32,000 nucleotides of DNA from Candidatus Binataceae bacterium. Lineage in GTDB: Bacteria > Desulfobacterota > Binatia > Binatales > Binataceae. How positions within the stretch are numbered: position 1 is the stretch's first letter; each line of letters starts with the position of its first letter. The DNA lies in assembly GCA_035939115.1 (NCBI GenBank), contig DASZGF010000197.1:1-32000 (forward strand), read 5' to 3'. Under the pieces are notes generated by a model. It was not told the origin of the DNA, searched no databases, and was given only the letters and a program-made list of their open reading frames with translations. Of this stretch, positions 7,065 to 15,209 are shown one piece after another. Position numbers and translations under genes: made by a program.

Positions 7065-7514
7065 GTGACTTCACTTTGAACATTTAAGTATACAAACGTG
7101 AACTGGAATGGGTGGTACATGCGCTATGCAGGTTAAGCGAGGTGCCGCCGAGTGCTTTAGGGGGCGTTTCGGCGAGGTGGGAATGCGGGAGACGCGGCAC
7201 GGCTGATCGAATCGCCGCCGGTCGTGAACCGACAGTAGGAATAGATAGAAACTACCCAGGGTGCGTGCGCTGCGGGCCGGCGTCAGCCTTGTCTGCAGTC
7301 AATGTCATCTATGGATCACCGCTTGGCACCACGTGGACGCAGCCAACGGGTTGACCTCTCAAGGCAACCAGTTCTGGTTCGCCGGTTCGGCTGGAACCCC
7401 CAGCGGTCCCCAGCAGGAAGCTGACTTTGGCCTGACGCTGTATTGACGCGACCGAACGCACTGCCGCCGGGCGAATTCGCTCAATCGTTTGGCAGTTACG
7501 GATTGCTACCGTCC

Positions 7515-7604
7515 CTGCTCCCCCACCCGCGCGTCACGGCGGTTACGAAAAAAACCGCAACAGCCGCGCCGCGCGCCCTCTTCCGCAATTATCTATGGGA
7601 GAGG
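7515..7604. repeat. About 90-bp repeat, right copy (inverted relative to 1497-1590)
   Basis: ctgctcccccacccgcgcgtcacggcggttacgaaaaaaaccgcaacagccgcgccgcgcgccctcttccgcaattatctatgggagagg aligns with the reverse complement of 1497-1590. Confidence 0.8.
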
Positions 7605-7767
7605 ACTGGGGAAGGGTGCCTTCAGCGCTTGCATGATGCAAAAACATCCTCGATCTTTGTAGCGAAAGCGACAGCGGCATGCTGTTGTGAAACGGGTTTG
7701 CAATCTTGTGGCCCTCTTTTTCAAGGCACCCTCTCCCCGCCCTCTCCCATAGATAAATGGGAGAGGG
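7575..7767. repeat. MITE-like unit: about 45-bp terminal inverted repeats (7575-7620 and 7725-7767) around a 104-bp spacer
   Basis: The reverse complement of 7575-7620 (ggcacccttccccagtcctctcccatagataattgcggaagagggc) matches 7725-7767 (ggcaccctctccccgccctctcccatagataaatgggagaggg), including an exact 16-mer cctctcccatagataa. The right copy is itself partly palindromic (ccctctccca-tagataaa-tgggagaggg). Confidence 0.65.
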
Positions 7768-7830
7768 TGTCAGAAGGGGCAGGTAGCGCGTTTGGGTTGC
7801 GGGCGTCAGCCCGCGCCAGGGTTTTTGGCT

Positions 7831-8289
7831 TTAGTGACTCGCGGCGGCCGCGCGCTTTTTGAACTCTTCCGGTGATAGGTCCTCTTTGTGCGTCGAGATC
7901 CACCAGGTATGTCCAAATGGATCTTCAACTCCACCCATGCGGTCGCCATAGAATTGATCTGCTATCGGCCGCTTCACTTTAGCTCCGGTTGCGACCGCCT
8001 GATTGAACATCGCGTCCGCGTCTTCGACATACAGATGGATGCTCACGGGTGATCCTCCCAGGCTCTGGGGACTCCGTGCACCCATCTCTGGAAATTCGTC
8101 GGACAACATAATCATGGAATCGCCGATTTGGATTTCGGCGTGGCCGACTCTGCCGTCGGGCTGCATCATTCGCACCCGTTCGATGGCCGAGAATGCCCTT
8201 TTATAGAATTCGATCGCCGCAGCCGCGTCTTTCGCGCACAGATATGGCGTGACGCTATGATACCCGTCTGGAATTGTCTTCACCGCCAT
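7831..8289 (-). CDS. VOC-family (glyoxalase/bleomycin-resistance fold, PhnB-like) protein
   Basis: MAVKTIPDGYHSVTPYLCAKDAAAAIEFYKRAFSA...GRVGHAEIQIGDSMIMLSDEFPE...DQFYGDRMGGVEDPFGHTWWISTH is the typical PhnB-like VOC pattern. I prefer ATG 8289 because of the aaggagg SD 8 nt upstream. The track start at 8322 adds 11 aa. Confidence 0.85.
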   Translation of the reverse strand: MAVKTIPDGYHSVTPYLCAKDAAAAIEFYKRAFSAIERVRMMQPDGRVGHAEIQIGDSMIMLSDEFPEMGARSPQSLGGSPVSIHLYVEDADAMFNQAVATGAKVKRPIADQFYGDRMGGVEDPFGHTWWISTHKEDLSPEEFKKRAAAASH

Positions 8290-8354
8290 TGGTTGATCCT
8301 CCTTGATGACGCCTCGATTCACATCAACTATTTATAGAATGAGAGAACTCATCG

Positions 8355-9566
8355 TCAGTCGTCAATCGCCTGGTAGGCCGAGGTCCAGAAATCCAGATAG
8401 ACACCGGAGAGCAGCGGAAATTTCGCCGCCTGAGTCATCAGGATTGCTACCATGTCCTCGCTCGGGTCGGACGACCATGACGTGCCATAGCCGCCGTCCC
8501 AACCATACCGTCCGGGGACCGCGGCGATGTCGTCGCGGCGGGTAACTACCGACACGCCGAATCCCCAGCCGCGGCTCTCCCAGAAACCGGGAAAGAAGGT
8601 GGAGACCGCTTTCTGCTGTGGGGTAAGGTGGTCAGTCGTCATGGTCTGCACCGAAGGTTTGGATAAGATGCGCGTACTGCCGAGTTTGCCACCATTAAGC
8701 ATCATCTGGCCGAAGGCCAGGTAATCGTCGGCGGTCGATACCATTCCCGCGCCGCCGTCCGGAAATACGGGCGGGCGGCTCCATTTGCTGTCGTGAACGC
8801 CGTCGTTGAATTCCAGCGCGCCGGTTTGGATATTGACCCAGTAGCTGGTCGCCAGCCGATCGAGTTTCGCCGCCGGGACGCTGAAACCCGTGTCCTTCAT
8901 GCCCAATGGATCGAAGATGCGCTCGCGCAGGAACGTCTCCAGCGGCTGGCCTGCGGCGCGGGAGACCAGCACACCCAACACGTAAGAGCCGGTGTTGTAC
9001 ATCCATCGCTCGCCCGGCTGATGCATCAGCGGGAGCGTCGCGAGGTGGCCGATCCATTCGTCGAAGTTATGCGGTGTGGACTGATTGGGCGGCCCGAACC
9101 CGACGAGCTGCAGTTCGCTTATAGCCTTTTGGATTGGATATACATCCGGCGGGCCAAAGATCATTCCGAGCCCAAGGCGCATGGTCAGCAGGTCGCGTAG
9201 TGCTATCGGCCGATTGGCGGGCACGGTGTCGTCGAGCGGCCCGTCAAGACGCTTTAGAACTTTGCGACCGCCCAGTTCAGGCAGCAGCCGATCCACGGGA
9301 TCGTCCAGGCGCAGCTTGCATTCTTCCACCAGGATCATCGCCGCCGCGGCCGTAATAGGCTTGGTCATCGAGGTTATGCGAAAGATCGTATCGCGCCGCA
9401 TAGGGTCGCTGCCACCGAGCGTTTTGGTCCCGATAGCATCGACGTGTACCTCGCCGCGCCGGGCAATCAGCGTGACGATGCCGGGTACTTCGCCGCGCTC
9501 GACATGACCGGCCATCACATCGTGCATGCGGCCCAGCCGCTCCCTGGCGAATCCTGAACTGCTCAT
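8355..9566 (-). CDS. Serine hydrolase, beta-lactamase/esterase (class C-like) family
   Basis: It has the S-x-x-K nucleophile motif SMTKPITAAAAMILVEE, a downstream Y-x-N-like MYNTGSY, and family-typical ends. I prefer ATG 9566 (a ggagggg SD 8 nt upstream) over the track start at 9581. Confidence 0.85.
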   Translation of the reverse strand: MSSSGFARERLGRMHDVMAGHVERGEVPGIVTLIARRGEVHVDAIGTKTLGGSDPMRRDTIFRITSMTKPITAAAAMILVEECKLRLDDPVDRLLPELGGRKVLKRLDGPLDDTVPANRPIALRDLLTMRLGLGMIFGPPDVYPIQKAISELQLVGFGPPNQSTPHNFDEWIGHLATLPLMHQPGERWMYNTGSYVLGVLVSRAAGQPLETFLRERIFDPLGMKDTGFSVPAAKLDRLATSYWVNIQTGALEFNDGVHDSKWSRPPVFPDGGAGMVSTADDYLAFGQMMLNGGKLGSTRILSKPSVQTMTTDHLTPQQKAVSTFFPGFWESRGWGFGVSVVTRRDDIAAVPGRYGWDGGYGTSWSSDPSEDMVAILMTQAAKFPLLSGVYLDFWTSAYQAIDD

Positions 9567-9637
9567 CGCTCGCCCCTCCATTTATAGTCTGCGAATTGCC
9601 GGCCGCGTATAGAGTCACCTCCACGGCACTGGCGCGA

Positions 9638-10066
9638 TTATTTCTTTGCGGCGCTTTCCGCACGCAGCCGCTCCTCTTGCTGCCTGAGTTCCGGAGTCAG
9701 CTCGGGACCGAAGTCCGACGCCTCGATGACCTGCCGAATTTCAAGTTCGACCTCGCCGTCGGCGTCGAGCGCCGGCCATCGTTTGACCCATTGCAGCGCT
9801 TCTTCCTTCGACTTCACCTCAATCATGGTAAAGCCCGCGATGAGCTCTTTGGTCTCCGTGAAGGGCCCGTCTATTATTGTCGGCTTTCCCCCCGAGAACT
9901 TGACCCGCGCACCCCTGGAGCTCGGATGCAGCCCATCGCCCGCCAACATGACGCCGGCTTTGATCAGCTCTTCGTTGTACTTCATCATTTCAGTAATGAG
10001 CTCGGTGCTCGGCATCGCCCCGGTTTCTGTGTTCTTATCTGCCTTGCGCAGGATCATGAATCGCAT
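9638..10066 (-). CDS. YciI-family (DGPF-domain) protein
   Basis: MRFMILRKADKNTE...IIDGPFTETKELIAGFTMIEVKSKEEALQWVKRWP is the characteristic YCII/DGPF signature. Confidence 0.85.
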   Translation of the reverse strand: MRFMILRKADKNTETGAMPSTELITEMMKYNEELIKAGVMLAGDGLHPSSRGARVKFSGGKPTIIDGPFTETKELIAGFTMIEVKSKEEALQWVKRWPALDADGEVELEIRQVIEASDFGPELTPELRQQEERLRAESAAKK

Positions 10067-10193
10067 CGCGCGGTCTCCTCTTGATTGTAGATTTGGAACT
10101 GATTTCCGCCCCGCCGGCCGACCCCGGCTTCTAATTGCAAGTCGAACGAGAGCACCCGGAATCGACAGCGGCGGCGAATTCCTTTGCGGGGGG

Positions 10194-10550
10194 TTAGTCG
10201 GCCGGCAGCCCCACCAGTTCGATCACGGGCCGGACCTCGACGGTACCGCGGCGCGCCCCTGGAATCCGGGCGGCGATGGCGACCGCCTCGTCGAGGTCTT
10301 TCGCGTCGATCAGGTAGTAGCCGCCGAGTTGTTCGCGTGTCTCGGCAAAGGGACCGTCAGTGACGAATCGTTTGCCGTCGCGCACCCGAACGCTGGTAGC
10401 CATGGAGGTGGGATGCAGCGGCGCGGCGGCCAAATACTTTCCGCTCGTGTTGAGTTCCTGCGTGAGCTGCACGGATTCCCCGTAACACTGCTCCCGCTCG
10501 GTTTCATCCAAGGCGCGCTCGTCCTCATAAATCAGCAGCATATATTTCAT
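10194..10550 (-). CDS. YciI-family (DGPF-domain) protein
   Basis: MKYMLLIYEDE...VTDGPFAETREQLGGYYLIDAKDLDEAVAIAARIP. A GGGGAG SD precedes the ATG. Confidence 0.85.
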   Translation of the reverse strand: MKYMLLIYEDERALDETEREQCYGESVQLTQELNTSGKYLAAAPLHPTSMATSVRVRDGKRFVTDGPFAETREQLGGYYLIDAKDLDEAVAIAARIPGARRGTVEVRPVIELVGLPAD

Positions 10551-10852
10551 CTGTATCTCCCCTGATAAGTCGATCGGTCAGTGCCAGGATCGACGCGCCG
10601 CAAAATTTCTGCACCTGCTGCCATCCTCGGCTTGCATGCCAGCGCAGCTCGGTGTCGATTTGCGCCTTTGCCAATCGACCTCATTGTGTCCACGAACTGT
10701 TCTATCGATTTGGAGAAGTGCTTGAAATATCTGAACCAGGCTTGGGCAAATGACAGAAACCAAGCCAGCTCTTCCTTTGATGGAGCAGGTTCCAGACCGA
10801 GGCGCGGGGCTTTGGTCCAAGCGTTGCATCCGGAGGAAAACGCCTCTTCCAA
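10547..10852 (-). CDS. Hypothetical protein (weak call)
   Basis: This ORF overlaps the YciI start by 4 nt. Only the central part (KEELAWFLSFAQAWFRYFKHFSKSIEQFVDTM) looks protein-like, and I recognise no family. It lies in a lower-GC stretch. Confidence 0.3.
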   Translation of the reverse strand: MEEAFSSGCNAWTKAPRLGLEPAPSKEELAWFLSFAQAWFRYFKHFSKSIEQFVDTMRSIGKGANRHRAALACKPRMAAGAEILRRVDPGTDRSTYQGRYR

Positions 10853-10944
10853 AAAGGAGAACCTTCAAAAAGGCGACATAAGGACAGGCTGCTCAATTTC
10901 GCACTCCTTAAAGAAAGCGCGCCGGCAGCCAATGGGAGTCTGCC

Positions 10945-11298
10945 ATGTTAGCGGAAAATTCGAGCCTTGCGGTTTGCAATTCATACGAACCTATGTGCGA
11001 TGAAATCCCGGCGCTGATCCGCCACGAGCTCAATGCCGATACCGACCACGACCTGCTCGTCAGGATGCGCCATCTGGCACGCAAAAAAAGGATGCGGCAG
11101 CCGGACATTAGCAATGAGGAGATGGCCGACTACCTGGCTTTGGCCGAGAACCACCAAAACTTTGCGCAATGGCTGAGCGCCCGTACCGGCGCGATCCAAA
11201 AGCCCGCGCCCTCCAACGTAGCCTGGATAGCGGTGACCGCGGTCGCGGTGGGCCTTCTTACCGCGATGATGGTTATCGCGATTGCCGTAGCGGTTTGA
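10945..11298 (+). CDS. Hypothetical tail-anchored membrane protein
   Basis: It has a charged soluble N-terminal part and a single C-terminal TM helix (VAWIAVTAVAVGLLTAMMVIAIAVAV). I recognise no family. Its stop TGA sits in a TGAGTGAAAAGAGAGG repeat unit. Confidence 0.4.
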   Translation: MLAENSSLAVCNSYEPMCDEIPALIRHELNADTDHDLLVRMRHLARKKRMRQPDISNEEMADYLALAENHQNFAQWLSARTGAIQKPAPSNVAWIAVTAVAVGLLTAMMVIAIAVAV

Positions 11299-11320
11299 GT
11301 GAAAAGAGAGGTGAGTCGTA
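11296..11320. repeat. Purine arm of the GA/CT repeat family, copy E3
   Basis: tgagtgaaaagagaggtgagtcg is complementary in character to the CT heptamers at 11581-11650, about 260 nt away. Confidence 0.5.
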
Positions 11321-11580
11321 AAGCCCCCGCTCGCCATCGCTGCGAGGATCGCATTTAGCAGCAAGTTGCCATGATTTCAACGCTATTTGATATTGCTGGG
11401 ATTCAAGCAATAACATAGCGATGAAAAATCAAGGTTCTGAGGGTGGTGTAGGCGGCGCATAGAAAAAGGTCACTGCTGCGAACGTCTCCAACGAAAACAC
11501 CCTCTCACACGCCGACGCGCACACCAACCAAGACTCCCACGCCGAAGGCGACGACGTAGCAGCGCACCTTCAGCTTAAGT

Positions 11581-11650
11581 GAGTTTTCTCTCAATATACT
11601 CAGATATATTCTCTCACTGACTTTTCTCGTTTCTCATTTCTCTTTTCTCG
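11581..11650. repeat. Pyrimidine-arm heptamer array of the GA/CT repeat family, copy E4
   Basis: Four in-phase heptamers ttttctc gtttctc atttctc ttttctc occupy 11622-11649, preceded by gagttttctctc...ttctctcactg. On the minus strand this encodes the tail REKREMRNEKSQ and the TGA stop of the LLM gene. Confidence 0.7.
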
Positions 11651-12648
11651 ATTCCGAAGGCTTGCGCTAACAATTCATAAGATCGCATCCGGGCGCGATG
11701 GTCATGGGTGATGGTTACGATCATCAGTTCATCGACGTGCAATAAACTGGCCATGTCGACTAACTGAGAGCGGACCTGCTCGGGGTCGCCCACGATATAG
11801 CGGGGCCATTCCGCGTCACCCGCCATCGGCGGCTCCTGGTTGGGACCTAACTCCGCAATCGCTTCCTCGGGGGTTGGAATAGGTCCGATTTCACCGCGCC
11901 TGATCCGGTTGCGGAACAGCCGCGAGCTGCTCAGTAACCGCAGCGCCTCCGTTTCGGTATCCGCGCAGATCGCGCCCAGGGCCAAAATCGCGCGCGGCGC
12001 CGCCAAATCGTTCGACGGTTTGAAATGCTCGCGATAATACTCCAGCGCTATCCGCGTCGGATGCTGATTGATGAAGTGCGCAAAGGCGTAGGAAAGGCCG
12101 AATTGGGCCGCCGCCGAGGCGCTCCACATGCTGGATCCCAGCAGCCATACCTCGGGCGCGCCGGGCGTGTCAGGCGATACCCTGATGCGGTTGAATGGAT
12201 GTTTGGCCGGGAAGCTGCGATTAAGAAAAGCGCGCAACTCAGTGAGCTGCCGGGGAAAATCGTCAACTTCGGGCCGCTCACGATCACGCCGCAACGCGTA
12301 GCTCTCCAACGGGGTGCCGCCGGGCGCCCTGCCGATACCCAGATCGATGCGGCCCGGGTACAGGGCGTGCAGCACGCGGAAGGTTTCCGCGACTTTGAGC
12401 GAGCTGTAATGCGGCAGCATCACGCCGCCAGAGCCGACCCGGATGCCGGTGGTCTCCGCCCCCACCCGCGCGATCATGATCTCGGGCGCGGGGCTGGCCA
12501 GCGCGTCGATCGCGTGATGCTCCGCGATCCAGTAGCGCTCATAGCCGAGCCGGTCGGCCAGGCGGGCCAGCTCGATCGTGTTTTGCAGCGCGTCGGCCGG
12601 CGTGAAACCGGCGGGAACAGGTGACTGGTCGATAACCGAAAGCTTCAC
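11614..12648 (-). CDS. LLM-class (luciferase-like) flavin-dependent oxidoreductase, group 1 / YhbW-like
   Basis: MKLSVIDQSPVPAGFTPADALQNTIELARLADRLGYERYWIAEHHA...GSGGVMLPHYSSLKVAETF is the typical N-terminus of this LLM subgroup. Confidence 0.85.
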   Translation of the reverse strand: MKLSVIDQSPVPAGFTPADALQNTIELARLADRLGYERYWIAEHHAIDALASPAPEIMIARVGAETTGIRVGSGGVMLPHYSSLKVAETFRVLHALYPGRIDLGIGRAPGGTPLESYALRRDRERPEVDDFPRQLTELRAFLNRSFPAKHPFNRIRVSPDTPGAPEVWLLGSSMWSASAAAQFGLSYAFAHFINQHPTRIALEYYREHFKPSNDLAAPRAILALGAICADTETEALRLLSSSRLFRNRIRRGEIGPIPTPEEAIAELGPNQEPPMAGDAEWPRYIVGDPEQVRSQLVDMASLLHVDELMIVTITHDHRARMRSYELLAQAFGIEKREMRNEKSQ

Positions 12649-12741
12649 AATGACTCCATCATAACGATCATAACGATTTCAGCGTATTTCAGTCGGGTCT
12701 CCGTGCTCGCGATTTGTAACGCTAGAATCCCACCCGCCCAA

Positions 12742-12765
12742 GGCGGGCAGGGACGCCCGCCCTAC
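12742..12765. repeat. REP-like hairpin with a GTAG head (ggcgggcagggacgcccgccctac)
   Basis: The stem is GGCGGGC/GCCCGCC, and CTAC (GTAG on the minus strand) lies 8 nt from the stop of the TPR gene. It belongs to the same family as 18482-18505, 24748-24771 and 16240-16263. Confidence 0.75.
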
Positions 12766-12772
12766 TAGTGTT

Positions 12773-13981
12773 TCACGTACCCGAACACGAAGGCGCGCCC
12801 GGCGCCTTGGCGACGTCGTGCAGCGCGCTAAGCGTAGGACCGTTCCAATGGCCCTGGCCGCGAAGCTGGGTGTCGTCGCACAAATAGCCGGGCGCCAGCG
12901 CGACCGCCTGACGGTAGCTGTCCAGCGCCTGGCGCCGCAGCCCCATCTTCCAAAAGCCGATACTCATACCGGCCAGCGCGTCCGCATTTTTGGGATCGAT
13001 CCGGTTGGCCGCCTGCCACTGCGCCATCGCGCCGCTCAAATCGTTCTGTTCGAACAGCAGATTGCCCAACGCGTTATGGATTACCGGGTCATCGGGCCGG
13101 AGCCGGCCCGCTATTTGCAACTCCTTGATGGCTAGCGCGGTATTGCCGGTATCATTCAGCGCGTCGGCCAGGTTGCGATGCGCGGCGAAGTCCTGGGGGT
13201 CAAGCGCCAGGGCGCGCCGGTACTGGTAGATCGCATCGCGATCGTCGCCCCGCCGATGCAATGCGACGCCGAAGTCGTTGTGCACGCCGGGGTCGCCGGG
13301 GTCGAGCTTGACGGCGATTTCATACTGATCGATCGCGCCGTCGATATCGCCGCTTTGCGCCAGCGCCCGGGCCAGCAGCCGATGACTCAGCTTGTTGTTG
13401 GGATCGGTCTGCAGCGCCGCCCGATACTGCTGGATAGCGCTCTGGGTATCCCCGGTCTTCTCCAGCAGCACGCCCAGGTTGTTGCGCGCCTTTATATCGC
13501 GCGGATTCTCCGCCGCCGCCATCCGAAACTGTTGTATCGCGCCATCGACATTGCCCTGGCGGAAGAGCAACACACCCTGGTTGTAATGTGATTGTCCCGC
13601 GACGCCCGGCTCCACACCCTGCCCCGGCGGCGGTGCAACCTCCCCAGGAACCTGTGGCCGGGTCTCTCCCGGAACCTGAGAAGGGGTCGGCGGAAGGCGA
13701 GGGTACACAGCACCGGGAATTTGAGGCGGCACCTGTCCCGGGTGTTCGGGCGCCGCGCCAGGATAAGTCTCCGGGCCCGGCGGCGGATACTGGCCTGCGG
13801 ACGGGCCTTCAGGAGCCGGCGGCAGGACGGTGATTACCTGCCTGGGATAGGTGGGCTTGCTCGAGCATCCCGCGGCCAGCAGCAGTAACATGGCGGCCGC
13901 CGGCGCTATCCGCCACCATCCGGCCCGGCGGCCCTCGGCGGATCGGCCCGCGGTTGCGACGCTCTCCAACCTAGCCTTCAT
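12773..13981 (-). CDS. TPR-repeat lipoprotein with a proline-rich linker
   Basis: It has a signal peptide with a lipobox-like LLLLAAGCSS and a Pro-rich region with QVPG repeats. Six or more TPR units follow (e.g. AIQQYRAALQTDPNNKLSHRLLARALAQSGDIDGAIDQYEIAVKLDP). The start overlaps the ilvA stop by 11 nt. Confidence 0.8.
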   Translation of the reverse strand: MKARLESVATAGRSAEGRRAGWWRIAPAAAMLLLLAAGCSSKPTYPRQVITVLPPAPEGPSAGQYPPPGPETYPGAAPEHPGQVPPQIPGAVYPRLPPTPSQVPGETRPQVPGEVAPPPGQGVEPGVAGQSHYNQGVLLFRQGNVDGAIQQFRMAAAENPRDIKARNNLGVLLEKTGDTQSAIQQYRAALQTDPNNKLSHRLLARALAQSGDIDGAIDQYEIAVKLDPGDPGVHNDFGVALHRRGDDRDAIYQYRRALALDPQDFAAHRNLADALNDTGNTALAIKELQIAGRLRPDDPVIHNALGNLLFEQNDLSGAMAQWQAANRIDPKNADALAGMSIGFWKMGLRRQALDSYRQAVALAPGYLCDDTQLRGQGHWNGPTLSALHDVAKAPGAPSCSGT

Positions 13982-15179
13982 CTTCGATCCTGTAACCGTG
14001 ACGTTGGAGTTTCCGGCGGATCAGTTCGATATGATCGCTGCCGCGCGTTTCCAACTCCAGTTCCACCAGGGCGGCGCCCAGCGCGACGCCGCGCTGCATG
14101 CGGTCGTGATCGATCGTGCGGACGTTGGCGCCCAGGCCACCAATCAGGGCCAGCACGCGGCTTAGTTCCACCGGCCGGTCCGGCAGAGTCACGTGGAAGC
14201 GGTAGAGGCGGCCGGCCTTGACCAGGCCGTGGCCGATGATGCGGTCGAGCAAGTTGATATCGATATTGCCGCCGCTTATCAGCAGCACCACCCGCTTGCC
14301 CTTGAGCAGGTCTTTGCGCTTCAGCGCGCCGGCCAGCGCCGCCGCTCCCGCCCCTTCGGCGAGCAGTTTCATCCGCTCGAGCAACAGCAGAACGGCCTCG
14401 CCGATTTCGAAATCATCGATGCTGACAACGTCGTGCACACGCGCGCGGATCAGTTCGTAGGGCAGGACGCCGAGGTTGCCGGTGGCAAGGCCGTCGGCGA
14501 TGGTCTCCACGGGGCGATCGATCGCGCTGGGCTCTCCGCGGCGCAAGCTCGTGCTGAGCTGTTGCGAACCCGCCGCCTCGACCCCGATTATCATGGTCTG
14601 CGGGGCGCGCGCCGCCAGGGCCACCGCCACTCCCGCAATCAGACCGCCGCCGCCCACCGGCACGACCACAACGTCGGCGCCTTCCTGGGCGATTTCGAGG
14701 CCAACCGTTCCCTGCCCGGCAATCACCCACGGATCGTCATAGGCGTCGATAAAGGTGGCGCCGGTCTCATGACATAACAGATCGGCGGCGCGCCGGGCTT
14801 CCTGGTAGTTGATACCGCGCAGCACCACGGTCTGACCGTAGCTGCGGGTGGCCTCGACCTTGGCGATTGCCGCCGTCTCCGGCATCACGATCGTCGCCTT
14901 GACGCCCGCCGCCGTGGCCGCGTAGGACAACGCCTGGCCATGATTTCCCGCCGAGGCGGCAACCACTCCGTGGCGCGCCTGCTCCGGCGTCAGCGCCATC
15001 ACCCGGTTGTAGGCGCCGCGGATCTTGAAGGAGCCGGTCTTCTGGAGGTTTTCGGGCTTGATCAGCACCTCGGCCTCGAGCATCCGCGACAGCGTCGCGC
15101 TGTGTTGCAGCGGGGTTAGCTTGAGGACCGGCGCCAGGCGCTGGCGCGCCGTATCTATGTCATTGATGGCGACCGTCAT
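13971..15179 (-). CDS. ilvA: Threonine ammonia-lyase (threonine dehydratase), short form with one C-terminal ACT-like domain
   Basis: It has the PLP-lysine motif KPENLQKTGSFKIRGAYN, the glycine loop VPVGGGGLIAG, and a C-terminal regulatory domain (YRFHVTLPDRPVELSRVL). Confidence 0.9.
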   Translation of the reverse strand: MTVAINDIDTARQRLAPVLKLTPLQHSATLSRMLEAEVLIKPENLQKTGSFKIRGAYNRVMALTPEQARHGVVAASAGNHGQALSYAATAAGVKATIVMPETAAIAKVEATRSYGQTVVLRGINYQEARRAADLLCHETGATFIDAYDDPWVIAGQGTVGLEIAQEGADVVVVPVGGGGLIAGVAVALAARAPQTMIIGVEAAGSQQLSTSLRRGEPSAIDRPVETIADGLATGNLGVLPYELIRARVHDVVSIDDFEIGEAVLLLLERMKLLAEGAGAAALAGALKRKDLLKGKRVVLLISGGNIDINLLDRIIGHGLVKAGRLYRFHVTLPDRPVELSRVLALIGGLGANVRTIDHDRMQRGVALGAALVELELETRGSDHIELIRRKLQRHGYRIEDEG

Positions 15180-15209
15180 CGTTCACAAGATAGCGCAGAT
15201 GCCGCGGCA

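Noticed and set aside
7243-7446. A plus-strand frame ending ..GNQFWFAGSAGTPSGPQQEADFGLTLY-stop. The aromatic C-terminus resembles the last strand of an outer-membrane beta-barrel, so it could be a gene remnant.
   Set aside because: Only about 25 residues look protein-like, the frame is closed by stops just upstream, and there is no start or RBS. The resemblance is too short to support a pseudogene call.
11505-11594. A 29-codon hydrophobic minus-strand ORF (LRENSLKLKVRCYVVAFGVGVLVGVRVGV) just downstream of the LLM gene, reminiscent of type I toxin peptides.
   Set aside because: It would need a TTG start with no Shine-Dalgarno sequence. The start lies inside the repeat element, and Val/Gly-rich translation is expected from GC-rich non-coding DNA. 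There is no supporting antisense-RNA signal.
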